This document shows, piece after piece, positions 9,437 to 19,312 of a DNA stretch of 64,000 nucleotides; within the stretch, counting starts at the first letter, position 1, and each line of letters opens with the position of its first letter. A model generated the notes under the pieces. That model worked only from the letters and a program-made list of their open reading frames with translations, did no database searches and had not been told where the DNA came from. The DNA is from an uncultured Nitrososphaeria archaeon (GTDB lineage Archaea; Thermoproteota; Nitrososphaeria; Geothermarchaeales; JDFR-13): positions 2,245 to 66,244 of the forward strand of contig CAZGXJ010000003.1 of assembly GCA_964529905.1 (NCBI GenBank), given 5' to 3'. Made by a program: the position numbers and the translations under genes.

Positions 9437-10529
9437 TACCTATATCACCCATATATTTTTCATAGGCTAGCCATCTGAGTAGGTGGTCTGCAATCACAAT
9501 AGCTGATACACTCTCTATTATCGGTACTGCTCTTATTGCTATACATGGGTCAAATCTCCCCTTTAGACGTATATCCACTTCCCTAAATTCCCTTAGGTCT
9601 ACTGTCCTCTGCCGTTTATATATCGAGGGTGTCGGCTTGAATACTACTCTAAATTTTATCGGCATACCATTTGATATCCCCCCGTTTATTCCGCCAGAAT
9701 TATTTGTTCTAGTTATTATCCTACCATTGGAAACCCTAAACTCATCGTTTGCCTCGCTCCCTCTCAACCTACCTAGTTTGAATCCTAGCCCAAACTCTAT
9801 CCCCTTAACCCCAGGTATCAGGAATATTGCCTTCGCAAGATCCCCATCTAATGTATCAATGGGAGGTTCTCCAAGCCCTATAGGTACATTTAATATGATG
9901 CCTTCTACCACTCCACCTATGCTATCTCCATCTCTCCTAACGTTCTCAATGTATCTATATATTTCTTCAGCCATATCCATTCTTGCGCATCTCACCGGGT
10001 TTCTATATACATTCCTCTCTATATCCTCAATTTCTACATCCTCCCCCACGACTAGTTTACCTACTGAGTATGTATGGGCTAATACTTTAATTCCGAATCC
10101 CTCAATAACCTTTTTTGCTATTGCCCCTGCGGCCACCATTCCAGCTGTCAATCTTCCCGAGAATATTCCACCTCCCCTATAATCGTTGTATCCATGATAT
10201 TTCATATATGCAGTGTAGTCTGCATGACTCGGTCGAGGTCTAAAGCGTATTTCTTCATAGTGTCTTGAGTCTACATCTTTATTATATATAAATATATTTA
10301 TCGGAGCTCCAGTTGTATATCCATTGAATATACCTGATAAAACATCGAATGTATCTTCTTCAATCCTCTGTGTAGATATCTTTGGATCCCTAATCCTCCT
10401 CTTCTCCAACTCCCTCCTGATATCTACATCCATAATCTTTATCCCAGGTGGGCATCCATATATCAAGGTTCCAATCCCCCTGCCATGGCTTTCACCATAG
10501 AATGTTACTTTAAACATTTTACCCAGCAA
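9429..10529 (-). CDS. aroC: Chorismate synthase
   Basis: N-terminus FKVTFYGESHGRGIGTLIYGCPPG and overall length are diagnostic. Confidence 0.9.
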   Translation of the reverse strand: MLGKMFKVTFYGESHGRGIGTLIYGCPPGIKIMDVDIRRELEKRRIRDPKISTQRIEEDTFDVLSGIFNGYTTGAPINIFIYNKDVDSRHYEEIRFRPRPSHADYTAYMKYHGYNDYRGGGIFSGRLTAGMVAAGAIAKKVIEGFGIKVLAHTYSVGKLVVGEDVEIEDIERNVYRNPVRCARMDMAEEIYRYIENVRRDGDSIGGVVEGIILNVPIGLGEPPIDTLDGDLAKAIFLIPGVKGIEFGLGFKLGRLRGSEANDEFRVSNGRIITRTNNSGGINGGISNGMPIKFRVVFKPTPSIYKRQRTVDLREFREVDIRLKGRFDPCIAIRAVPIIESVSAIVIADHLLRWLAYEKYMGDIGNG

Positions 10530-11781
10530 ACATATTCACCTCCACACCCAAACCTTTTACAAGATTTAGGAATGTGGGATATGAATCCGATATAACCTCG
10601 GTATTCAATATTTTTGAGGGTTTATCTAGGAAGAGGGATGCCGTTATGAATGCTAGAGCTATTCTATGATCTCCAAAGGAGTTGAATACGCCATTCCTTG
10701 GCCTCCCCCCTTTAATAATGATCATGTCATCCTCTCCATATACCTCTATACCCATCCTCCTTAGGTTATATATTGTGGTATACCTCCTATCCGTCTCCTT
10801 AAACTTCGTATGGTATACCCCTCTAATCACCGATGTTCCCTTGGAATAAGCAGCTAATACGGCTGTCGGTGGTAATAGATCTGGTGAATCCCTTAGATCC
10901 GCCTCAAACCCCTCCAGAAAACCTTTCTCTACATTTAATTCATCTTTATTCCAATGTACAGTTGCCCCTGCATCCCTTAAAATATCTATAAATTTTTTGT
11001 CGGGATGTGGATCTACTTTATCCAATCCCTTTATCTTTATTGATCCTCCTAATGCGCCTATTAACATTAGATATGCTGCGGATGAATAGTCTCCAGGTAT
11101 CCTTCTTTCTCCTATTGACAATTCGGACTCCTCTACATGGAAATACCTATATCCCCCTCTATAGATCTTTACACCATATTCCCTGAGACACCTCACCGTT
11201 ATATCTATATATCCTCTAGAGACTACATCGTTTATGACCTCTACGGTTAGCCCGATCTTCGTACCCATTATAAGCAATGATGTTATGTATTGTGAAGATA
11301 TGTCTCCAGATATCTTAACATATTTCTTCCTAATCCTTCCTCCATATATCTTAACGGGTAGTTTATAATCCCTAGATATAGTCCTTACACCTATCTCCTC
11401 TAGAGACTTTAATAGGTCTTTCATCGGTCTCCTCCTTAATTGGGGTTCACCATCTATTATAGTCTCTCCATTTACTAGGGATGCTACACCTATGGATATC
11501 CTAGCTGTAGTTCCAGATCTAATACAGTGGACTATATTTTTTGGTTGTATAGGCTTTCCTATTCCATGGATCTCAGGTAGTTTAACTACGCCACCAAACA
11601 TGTTTACAGCATTTATAGATGCTTCTGTATCGGTTGATATTAATGGGTTGTAAACCATATTTATACCTTTTGAGAGTAGGGAGAGGAATAGATATCTATG
11701 TGTATAGCTTTTTGAGGGTGGTGCATATACTGATGTATTAACCTCTTTAATTGGTGATATCTCGATATTTATGGATATCAC
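10519..11781 (-). CDS. aroA: 3-phosphoshikimate 1-carboxyvinyltransferase (EPSP synthase)
   Basis: PSKSYTHRYLFLSLLSKG and the length of 420 aa fit. Confidence 0.9.
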   Translation of the reverse strand: MISINIEISPIKEVNTSVYAPPSKSYTHRYLFLSLLSKGINMVYNPLISTDTEASINAVNMFGGVVKLPEIHGIGKPIQPKNIVHCIRSGTTARISIGVASLVNGETIIDGEPQLRRRPMKDLLKSLEEIGVRTISRDYKLPVKIYGGRIRKKYVKISGDISSQYITSLLIMGTKIGLTVEVINDVVSRGYIDITVRCLREYGVKIYRGGYRYFHVEESELSIGERRIPGDYSSAAYLMLIGALGGSIKIKGLDKVDPHPDKKFIDILRDAGATVHWNKDELNVEKGFLEGFEADLRDSPDLLPPTAVLAAYSKGTSVIRGVYHTKFKETDRRYTTIYNLRRMGIEVYGEDDMIIIKGGRPRNGVFNSFGDHRIALAFITASLFLDKPSKILNTEVISDSYPTFLNLVKGLGVEVNMFAG

Positions 11782-12608
11782 CTCGTAGAGGTAAGTATAT
11801 ACCTATATCCCATAAGTCCATCTATGTATCGGATCATCTCCTCCATCCCACCATCAATCATATACATCGCTGGGCCCTTACCGGATAGACCAGCTGTTAA
11901 TGGGTTAAGTTTTAGAGAGGTTAGTAGAGGATCTAAATCGTATCCGAATGCTGAGGCATAGACAAGGCCATTCAATATTGCGGCATCCATCCAGAATCCC
12001 CTTTTAAATAGGTCTATAGCCCTCTCTACTGGTTTTCTTAACATTTTGAATTCCATGTCAATATATCTCCGCGTAGGATTTCTAGATTCTCGGTAGAATA
12101 TTAATACCTCCCCATTAATATTGGCCCCTCTATAAAGTATCTTCCTATTGTAATTGTCTGTAAATACTATCCCTCCATATAGAGAAGCAGCAGCATCATC
12201 TAATGCTCCCGTCTTTGATACTCCAGCTTTTAGAGAGGTATCTACATTTAACCTTAGTATATCCCATGATTCATAGTCCAGACCTATATAGTCATATAAA
12301 GCGATTATCAATGCATTTGCAACTGAGCTACTGCTTTTCAAACCTATTTCCGGAGGTATATCGGTATATATATTTATCTCCAAATTATCTTTCAATCCAT
12401 ATATACGCCTGAATTCCTCGATAATGGTTTCCACAAGCTTATGATCTATCATCAACAATTCTCCATTTAAGTAGCTTTTTATAGTGTCTTCACCAGTCTT
12501 TCTTACATATACCTCAGTCTTTAAATCTATACCTAGCGCCGCCCCAAAACCAGTTGCAAATGCGTTTATAATTGTTACCGCGCCATGTGATTCTCCGTAT
12601 CCCTCCAT
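11778..12608 (-). CDS. aroK: Shikimate kinase, archaeal GHMP-kinase type
   Basis: The GHMP-type glycine-rich region and position in the aro operon fit the archaeal shikimate kinase family. Confidence 0.8.
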   Translation of the reverse strand: MEGYGESHGAVTIINAFATGFGAALGIDLKTEVYVRKTGEDTIKSYLNGELLMIDHKLVETIIEEFRRIYGLKDNLEINIYTDIPPEIGLKSSSSVANALIIALYDYIGLDYESWDILRLNVDTSLKAGVSKTGALDDAAASLYGGIVFTDNYNRKILYRGANINGEVLIFYRESRNPTRRYIDMEFKMLRKPVERAIDLFKRGFWMDAAILNGLVYASAFGYDLDPLLTSLKLNPLTAGLSGKGPAMYMIDGGMEEMIRYIDGLMGYRYILTSTR

Positions 12609-13468
12609 ATATATCCACCTCTAACTAAGTATCGCCTTAACTCAGTTGCATCTATGGTTTTTCCGAACCATATCTTTACAGCTTCTAGAGCTTGATATAT
12701 TAACATCCATAGTCCATCTATCGATAATCCACCTTTCTCTAAAGCGGATCTTAGGAGGGGAGTTTTCAGGGGTCTATATACCATGTCAAAATATATTATT
12801 CCCTCGACTATCAAGTCTTCCGGTATGATGCTTCCCCTAGTATCCATACCTACAGGAGTCGCATTTACTACTAGATCTGCCTTCCTAAGGAGTGATTTCA
12901 GGTATTCCCTATTCAAAGGATATATATCTATCTCAAACCCAAATCTTTCAAACCTTTTTTTAACTTTAAGGGCATTTTCAAATGTCCTATTCAACGCTAC
13001 GACTCTTTTCGAGATGTCTTTCAAGGCATATATTGCAGCCCTCCCAGCCCCCCCTACACCTATTACGATGGCTCTATCCAAATTTTTTATATTGAAATGT
13101 TCTAAAGATTTTTTGACTCCTATCCAGTCTGTATTATATCCAATAAATCCCTTGTTTCCCTTCTTAACAGTATTTACAGCATCTATTATCTCTACTTCTT
13201 TAGATATCCCATTTAGAAATTGTATCACCACTTTTTTCAAAGGCATGGTAACGTTGAATCCATCATATATTCTTAGTATGTGTGATAGCCTCTCTCCTAG
13301 TCTATCTATCTTGACCTCCTCCAAAGTGTATTCAGCATCTATATTTAATTTATTGAAGGTATAAGCCATTATAACTGGGCTTAAACTATGGGATATGGGA
13401 TATCCTATCAGACAGTATCTATGTCTAGCCATCTCCATATACCTCCTCCAACTTCCTGATAAATTCAT
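12575..13468 (-). CDS. aroE: Shikimate 5-dehydrogenase
   Basis: YCLIGYPISHSLSP substrate-binding motif and GVGGAGRAA NADP-binding motif. Confidence 0.85.
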   Translation of the reverse strand: MNLSGSWRRYMEMARHRYCLIGYPISHSLSPVIMAYTFNKLNIDAEYTLEEVKIDRLGERLSHILRIYDGFNVTMPLKKVVIQFLNGISKEVEIIDAVNTVKKGNKGFIGYNTDWIGVKKSLEHFNIKNLDRAIVIGVGGAGRAAIYALKDISKRVVALNRTFENALKVKKRFERFGFEIDIYPLNREYLKSLLRKADLVVNATPVGMDTRGSIIPEDLIVEGIIYFDMVYRPLKTPLLRSALEKGGLSIDGLWMLIYQALEAVKIWFGKTIDATELRRYLVRGGYIWRDTENHMAR

Positions 13469-14114
13469 GATAACTTGTCTGCCCAGGGGCTGTGTAGTAG
13501 TTCTTATAGGATGTATATGTTATATAACCTCCAAGTATGATACTGATATACCTAGTTTCGATTCCCTTAATCCCCATATTGAAGGCTATAAGTGGTGGCC
13601 CTTCAAGATGTCTTAATAAAAACTCAATTATTCTACAGTTGTCTTCCCTCTCCCTGGTTCTACACACCACCTTTATTACATCAGGATCATAATTCAATAT
13701 CCTATTATATATCCGCTCCAATTCATCCATATCAGGTGTATATTCTATGTTGTGATACGACACTATTATTCCTACTCCTTTCTTCATCGCATATCCCACT
13801 ATCCTCTCTGTTATTCCAGTGTCCAATCCTATATCAATATATAAAGGTTGGAGGTCCACCAAATTGACGTATTTATGGTATAGTTCATCAGGTGGGCCTA
13901 TGTAGGATCCACCCTCCATATATGTCCTAATCGTGAATATAGTCCTCTTTAATAGCTTCCTAGGATATTGATCTTTAAAGCGGTCAAAATCGTTAAAGTT
14001 ATCTAGTCTAACCTCTATCATAGGTTCGGAAGGTATTTCATCTAGAATATTATGTAAGTCTCTCAGGTCTTTAGGCATTATCGATATACATATCTTATTG
14101 TATATATCTCTCAT
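13425..14114 (-). CDS. aroD: 3-dehydroquinate dehydratase, type I
   Basis: 229 aa with a TIM-barrel pattern, flanked by aroE and aroB. Confidence 0.8.
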   Translation of the reverse strand: MRDIYNKICISIMPKDLRDLHNILDEIPSEPMIEVRLDNFNDFDRFKDQYPRKLLKRTIFTIRTYMEGGSYIGPPDELYHKYVNLVDLQPLYIDIGLDTGITERIVGYAMKKGVGIIVSYHNIEYTPDMDELERIYNRILNYDPDVIKVVCRTREREDNCRIIEFLLRHLEGPPLIAFNMGIKGIETRYISIILGGYITYTSYKNYYTAPGQTSYHEFIRKLEEVYGDG

Positions 14115-15153
14115 TTAGGATCTCCTTTAATTCATTCTCTTCTATCTGGTATACTCCCCATTCTCCTATGTCCCTGAGTAGGATAAATGTAGGTTTTCCC
14201 GCCCAATTTTTCTTATCCATCTTTATCCAGGGTATGAGGGCTGTTAGATCTATATCTATCCCATATCTCTGTTTATACCTCCTAAGTATATCTAATACTT
14301 CATAGTACTTATCGAATCCAACCTTTATCCTGCTTATATATGATTCTAAAGCTATTCCTATGGATACGGCTTCACCGTGGGGAATGTTATAGTCTAGATA
14401 TGCCTCCAATGCATGGCCAACTGTATGTCCGAAGTTTAGACATCTCCTTAATCCCTTCTCCTTGAAATCCTTGTGGATTATTGATAGTTTGAAGTTTATG
14501 CTTAGAAACAAGATCTCGTCGAATATCCTCTTATCTTCCAATGTCCTCTCTAAACTATTTCTATAGAGAAGTCTATATAGTTTTCCATTGGATATTAGTG
14601 AATGTTTAATTATTTCTGAGAAGCCTTCGATCAATAATTTTTTTGGTAAGGTATCCAATAGATCAGGGTCGATTAGGGTGGCTATGGGTATATGGAATGA
14701 ACCTATTATGTTTTTACCCATGAAATCTATCCCTGTCTTCCCCCCTATCGAGGAGTCTGCCTGAGCTAGTAGAGTTGTAGGTATGTTGATCCAATCTATG
14801 CCTCTCATATATGTAGAGGATATGAATCCAGTTAAGTCGCCTATCCCACCTCCTCCTATGGCAACCAACAATGATTTCCTATTAAATTCATTAACATATA
14901 GCTCCCTCCATATGTCTATGGCCTGTTCTATATTTTTAGCCTTTCTTGGATCTTTAACGGTATAGATTAGTTCAGGTTTAACATCTCTTGTTATATCTTT
15001 TAGCCATCTTAGACCCATTCTATATATCTCTCCATCAACTATAAAACCTGTCTTGCTCGGGTTTATGTTCTCTATCAAATCTTTCAATGTATATATTGAT
15101 CCACGTCCAAATATCACCTTACCCGTTAGATGTCTCAACTCTTTAATAGACAT
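14095..15153 (-). CDS. aroB: 3-dehydroquinate synthase
   Basis: GGGGIGDLTGFISSTYMRGIDWINIPTTLLAQADSSIGGKTGIDF glycine-rich NAD-binding motif. Confidence 0.85.
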   Translation of the reverse strand: MSIKELRHLTGKVIFGRGSIYTLKDLIENINPSKTGFIVDGEIYRMGLRWLKDITRDVKPELIYTVKDPRKAKNIEQAIDIWRELYVNEFNRKSLLVAIGGGGIGDLTGFISSTYMRGIDWINIPTTLLAQADSSIGGKTGIDFMGKNIIGSFHIPIATLIDPDLLDTLPKKLLIEGFSEIIKHSLISNGKLYRLLYRNSLERTLEDKRIFDEILFLSINFKLSIIHKDFKEKGLRRCLNFGHTVGHALEAYLDYNIPHGEAVSIGIALESYISRIKVGFDKYYEVLDILRRYKQRYGIDIDLTALIPWIKMDKKNWAGKPTFILLRDIGEWGVYQIEENELKEILNERYIQ

Positions 15154-15932
15154 CTCCTCACCTCCGATACTAATTCTCTATACATATCTGGGGTGATCTG
15201 TTGTTTTGAGTCGGATAAAGCATTATCCGGGTCTGGATGGACCTCAACCATTAATCCATCTGGACCTATACATGCACTTGCCTTTGCTAGAGGTATGACT
15301 AGGTTCCTCCTCCCTGCTGGGTGTGATACATCCACTATTATTGGTAGATGTGTCCTCTCTCTCAGTGATGGGACTGCTGCGATATCTAAGGTAAATCTAC
15401 TGTGTTTGACAAATGTCCTTATCCCTCTTTCGCATAGGATGACATCTTCATTTCCATTACTCATAATGTATTCCGCGGCATAGAGCCACTCATCCAATGT
15501 CGCAGATAATCCCCTCTTAAGTAGGATAGGTCTATCTATTTTTCCAAGTTCTTTTAAGAATGGATAGTTATACATATTTCTTGCTCCGACTTGAATTATA
15601 TCCAGATCTTCTCCATACTTCTCTAACTGCCTAATATCCAGAATCTCACTTACGATTGGTATCCCATATCTCTCCCTTATCTTCCTAAGTATCTTTATAC
15701 CTTCTTCTCCAAGACCTTGGAATGTGTATGGTGATGTTCGAGGTTTAAAGGCTCCTCCTCTCAGTATATCTATTCCAATCTCTATTAATTGATCTACTAC
15801 CTCTTCCATCTGCTCCATACTCTCGACTGAGCAGGGCCCAGCTATGAATATAAATCCTTCTCCTATTTTTACATCTCCAACCTCTATAACGGTCTTCTCT
15901 TTATATTCTTTGGAGGTATATCTAAAGCCCAT
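15135..15932 (-). CDS. aroG: 3-deoxy-7-phosphoheptulonate (DAHP) synthase, class I-beta (KDO8PS-like)
   Basis: IAGPCSVES, a KPRTSPY-like motif, and position at the head of the shikimate genes. Confidence 0.85.
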   Translation of the reverse strand: MGFRYTSKEYKEKTVIEVGDVKIGEGFIFIAGPCSVESMEQMEEVVDQLIEIGIDILRGGAFKPRTSPYTFQGLGEEGIKILRKIRERYGIPIVSEILDIRQLEKYGEDLDIIQVGARNMYNYPFLKELGKIDRPILLKRGLSATLDEWLYAAEYIMSNGNEDVILCERGIRTFVKHSRFTLDIAAVPSLRERTHLPIIVDVSHPAGRRNLVIPLAKASACIGPDGLMVEVHPDPDNALSDSKQQITPDMYRELVSEVRRCLLKS

Positions 15933-16890
15933 TTAATATCACCAATATTTTCTTGGAGAGTTGTTCAGGGGTTAACCCCATATATCTAAGGAGGTCTATA
16001 TAGTTTAGTTCCCCAACTCCAAATCTATCTTCTATACCTAGTCTAAAGACATATTTAGGACTTGTCATAGATAGGTACTCGGCTATAGCGGATCCTAACC
16101 CACAGTATACGCTGTGGTCCTCAATAACGAAGATGGGGTTATCCACATCTTTTAATACCTCCCTATCCAAAGGTTTTATTGTATGCATATCTACAACTCT
16201 GGCTCTATATCCCCTTCTCCTCAATAGTTTAGATACCTCCAATGCTATAGGAGTCATTGATCCATGGGATACTAGTGTAAGGTCCTCTCCATCCATCAAT
16301 ATATTGGCTTTACCAAGTATAACCTCATCCTCCTCTTCATAAATCTTAGTGGCATTATCCCTACCGAGTCTAATATATGCGGGCCCATCTAAATCTATCA
16401 CCTGTCTTAATAGGCTCTTAGTTGATATAATATCGGAGGGAGACACTACTTTAAAGTTTGGGAGTATCCTCATCAAACCTATATCTTCAAGGCATTGGTG
16501 AGATGCTCCGTCTAGAAAATCTGAGAGGCCTGAATGTGTACCAATTATCTTTACATTTAGACTATCTCTAGCAATGGTATTTCTAATCTGTTCCCATCCC
16601 CTCATTATAAACATTGAATATGAAATTATAAGTGGTATTTTTCCTCCTATAGCCAAACCAGCGGCTGTTCCTATTGCATCCTGTTCACTTATACCTACCT
16701 GTATAAATCGATCTGGATATCTCTCCTTGAAATAGTGGCTCTTTGTGGATTTGGAGAGGTCCGTATCTACTACATATAGATCTCTATATATCATACCAAT
16801 ATCTACCAAGGTCCTACCTAAAACCTCCCTAAAACTACCACTAAAATCCAGCATATCAAATACCCCTTGAATATCTATCAGCTGGGCCAT
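15922..16890 (-). CDS. Transketolase, C-terminal subunit (pyrimidine-binding plus C-terminal domains)
   Basis: 322 aa, the typical split-transketolase C-terminal section (GISEQDAIGTAAGLAIGGKIPL). Confidence 0.85.
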   Translation of the reverse strand: MAQLIDIQGVFDMLDFSGSFREVLGRTLVDIGMIYRDLYVVDTDLSKSTKSHYFKERYPDRFIQVGISEQDAIGTAAGLAIGGKIPLIISYSMFIMRGWEQIRNTIARDSLNVKIIGTHSGLSDFLDGASHQCLEDIGLMRILPNFKVVSPSDIISTKSLLRQVIDLDGPAYIRLGRDNATKIYEEEDEVILGKANILMDGEDLTLVSHGSMTPIALEVSKLLRRRGYRARVVDMHTIKPLDREVLKDVDNPIFVIEDHSVYCGLGSAIAEYLSMTSPKYVFRLGIEDRFGVGELNYIDLLRYMGLTPEQLSKKILVILNGL

Positions 16891-17873
16891 GTATCAACAA
16901 TTAATGCCTTGGGTGTTCCACATATCTCGGAGAATTTTGATAAGCTAGAGATAATCTTTTTCACATTATTGGGTATTCTATCAACCAACCATCCAAAGGA
17001 TCTTAGCCTCTCCTCAATAGATTCTTTCACCTTTATATCTTCGGTATATCCCGTTAACTGGTGGAAGTTCCTATCTATAAGTAGTATTATGTTATCTAGT
17101 TTATGGCTTGAAGCTGTGGATAATGCCTCCCAAAACATACCCTCATCCAATTCCCCATCACCCATAATTACATATACATCATCCATTATACCCTCACTTT
17201 TAAGGGCTATAGCCAATCCATTTGCAATTGATAATCCCTGGCCCAGTGAACCTGTTGACACCATAACCAATGGACAGCCCTTAACAGGGTGTGTCTGTAT
17301 AAAAGATTTCGATGTGAATGCCCCTTTAAAATCGATATCCCTTAACAATCCATAATGTTTTAATACCGCATATAGAGCTGGAGCGGCATGCCCCTTACTT
17401 AAAACAATTCTAGTATCCCAAATATCCCTACCTAACAATTTCCTTGTCTCGAATATTGAATATATGATGTTCAGGGAGGTTATTGATGAAAAACTGTGGA
17501 AACCGTTGACCATCCTCAGTAAATCTCTCAATATATGATTTACACTGTTAATACCATCCATAGCCTCCTTTTCTGTACGATCTACTTCACATTCTAACCC
17601 AACTACTTTCACTACTTTATATCCAAGCCCAGTCAATCTAACCATCTTCTTTCCATTCCATCCTACTCTCTCTATTAATCCCCATTCTAGGAGACTTTTA
17701 GAATTAAACTTTAGTGTTGACAGTGGTATTCCCTTTTCCTCCGATATTCTATGGAGGATCCATGTAAGTGATCTATTACTGGTCTCTGCAACCCTCCTTA
17801 GGATCTCTATATGCTTATCATTTAAGACCTTTAGGAGGAAGGGTCTGACTTCATCCTCCGTGAACCTATTCAT
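16878..17873 (-). CDS. Transketolase N-terminal (TPP-binding) subunit with a fused N-terminal winged-helix domain
   Basis: Residues ~105-331 carry SKGHAAPALY and the GDGE...EG..WEA...N TPP-binding motif. Residues 1-100 form a winged HTH-like segment (LLKVLNDKHIEILRRVAETSNRSLTWILHRISEEKGIPLSTLKFNSKSLLEWGLIERV) with no stop separating it from the enzyme part. Confidence 0.75.
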   Translation of the reverse strand: MNRFTEDEVRPFLLKVLNDKHIEILRRVAETSNRSLTWILHRISEEKGIPLSTLKFNSKSLLEWGLIERVGWNGKKMVRLTGLGYKVVKVVGLECEVDRTEKEAMDGINSVNHILRDLLRMVNGFHSFSSITSLNIIYSIFETRKLLGRDIWDTRIVLSKGHAAPALYAVLKHYGLLRDIDFKGAFTSKSFIQTHPVKGCPLVMVSTGSLGQGLSIANGLAIALKSEGIMDDVYVIMGDGELDEGMFWEALSTASSHKLDNIILLIDRNFHQLTGYTEDIKVKESIEERLRSFGWLVDRIPNNVKKIISSLSKFSEICGTPKALIVDTWPS

Positions 17874-17976
17874 AGATATTGGCGTTTCATCACCTTTCCA
17901 CCATAGATAGCTCGTTAAAGAAAATGGTATATATTAAGATATTTAAAGTTTTTGGGCAATCCAGTTTGACCATAAG

Positions 17977-19116
17977 TTAGTCAAGGCTGTTTAACAGATC
18001 CTCTATTCTTTCTAATCCTTCATAAATATCCTCCTCATATATCCCAGCTGAGAACCTTATGAAATCGTTATATCCACCGAAGGATGAACCAGGCGCTACC
18101 CCAACATATTTTTCGTAGACTAACCTATATATAAATTCATTAATCTTATCCTTCTCTAGAGGTGGCTTTGCAAATATATAGAAGGTTGCCTTAGGCTCCA
18201 CGAATTTGAACCCAAGTCTCCTTAATCCTTTAGATAGGATATTGACTCTTTTTCCATATATCCTCCTAACCCTCTCCACATATCCATCATCGTTTAAAGC
18301 TTCTATACCTGCATATTGTATAAATTCGGGGATATTCGTATAGGAATACTGGGCTATCCTTGCCAATCTATTAATGATCTCATCCTTTGCAACAACCCAT
18401 CCCAGCCTAAATCCCGTTAGTCCATGGCTTTTAGATAGGCTGAAGAGCACTACTGCCTTCTCATATTCATATCCAAGTATTGAACTATGCCTATTTCCTC
18501 TATCTAGGATGGTCTCAAAGTACACCTCATCGCTTATTATATATGCATCCTTCTCAGCGACTATATCCATTATAGTGTCTAAAATATTTTTTGGATAAAT
18601 TGCTCCCGTTGGATTGACTGGATTATTTAGTATTAAGAGGTGGAAATCAAGCTCTTCTAATTTATTTAATGAGTCATGGGGTATCCATCCATCTTCAAAT
18701 CTAGTTCCTATTGTCTCGATCTTGATGTTATACATATTCAATATTCCTCTATATGCGCTCCAAGAGGGATCTATTAATATAGCGTTCGATATCTCTCTCC
18801 TGTTCAATTCTATAAACATTTTTAAACCAGATTTACTTCCAGGTGTAACCAATATTTCATCTATACCTTTTTCTATACCGAGTTTCCTCCATAAGTAATT
18901 TAATATTTCCCTCCTAAACTCATATAGGCCATATGGACTTCCATAATGTATATATCCATCCAAAGTTTTTCTATACAAAACATCTATTATCCTTTTATTT
19001 ATGGGTAGATATGGGTCTCCAACCTCGAAATGTATAACCTTTAATCCCCTCCTCTCCATATCCTTAATGGCGTTGAATATATCATAGTGGGATAATCCCC
19101 TACCATATACCGCCAT
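17977..19116 (-). CDS. PLP-dependent aminotransferase class I/II (probable aromatic/aspartate aminotransferase)
   Basis: LSKSHGLTGFRLGW pyridoxal-lysine motif. It is the first gene of the co-directional aro cluster. Confidence 0.8.
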   Translation of the reverse strand: MAVYGRGLSHYDIFNAIKDMERRGLKVIHFEVGDPYLPINKRIIDVLYRKTLDGYIHYGSPYGLYEFRREILNYLWRKLGIEKGIDEILVTPGSKSGLKMFIELNRREISNAILIDPSWSAYRGILNMYNIKIETIGTRFEDGWIPHDSLNKLEELDFHLLILNNPVNPTGAIYPKNILDTIMDIVAEKDAYIISDEVYFETILDRGNRHSSILGYEYEKAVVLFSLSKSHGLTGFRLGWVVAKDEIINRLARIAQYSYTNIPEFIQYAGIEALNDDGYVERVRRIYGKRVNILSKGLRRLGFKFVEPKATFYIFAKPPLEKDKINEFIYRLVYEKYVGVAPGSSFGGYNDFIRFSAGIYEEDIYEGLERIEDLLNSLD

Positions 19117-19312
19117 AAATAAAGGGATAGAAACAGAAAGATATTTATCAGTTAGTTTTGGAAATGATTTATTGAACTGATGATAATAGTAAATTGAAGA
19201 AGATTTATAAATTTTATTAGGATATATATATCCATGAATCTTTATTATCTCCTAATTATGAAATAAATATATCTATATTTATTTATATGATTGAAAAATT
19301 ATTATTAATGAG
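19117..19312. promoter_or_regulatory. AT-rich divergent intergenic region, likely carrying promoters for the aro operon (minus) and stomatin/NfeD operon (plus)
   Basis: 196 bp of mostly A/T with several TTTATA/TATATA-like boxes. Divergent gene starts lie at 19116 (minus) and 19313 (plus). Confidence 0.3.

Noticed and set aside
9637-10182. 181-aa plus-strand ORF
   Set aside because: Antisense to chorismate synthase. The product is Pro/Ser/Leu-rich and is a shadow ORF.
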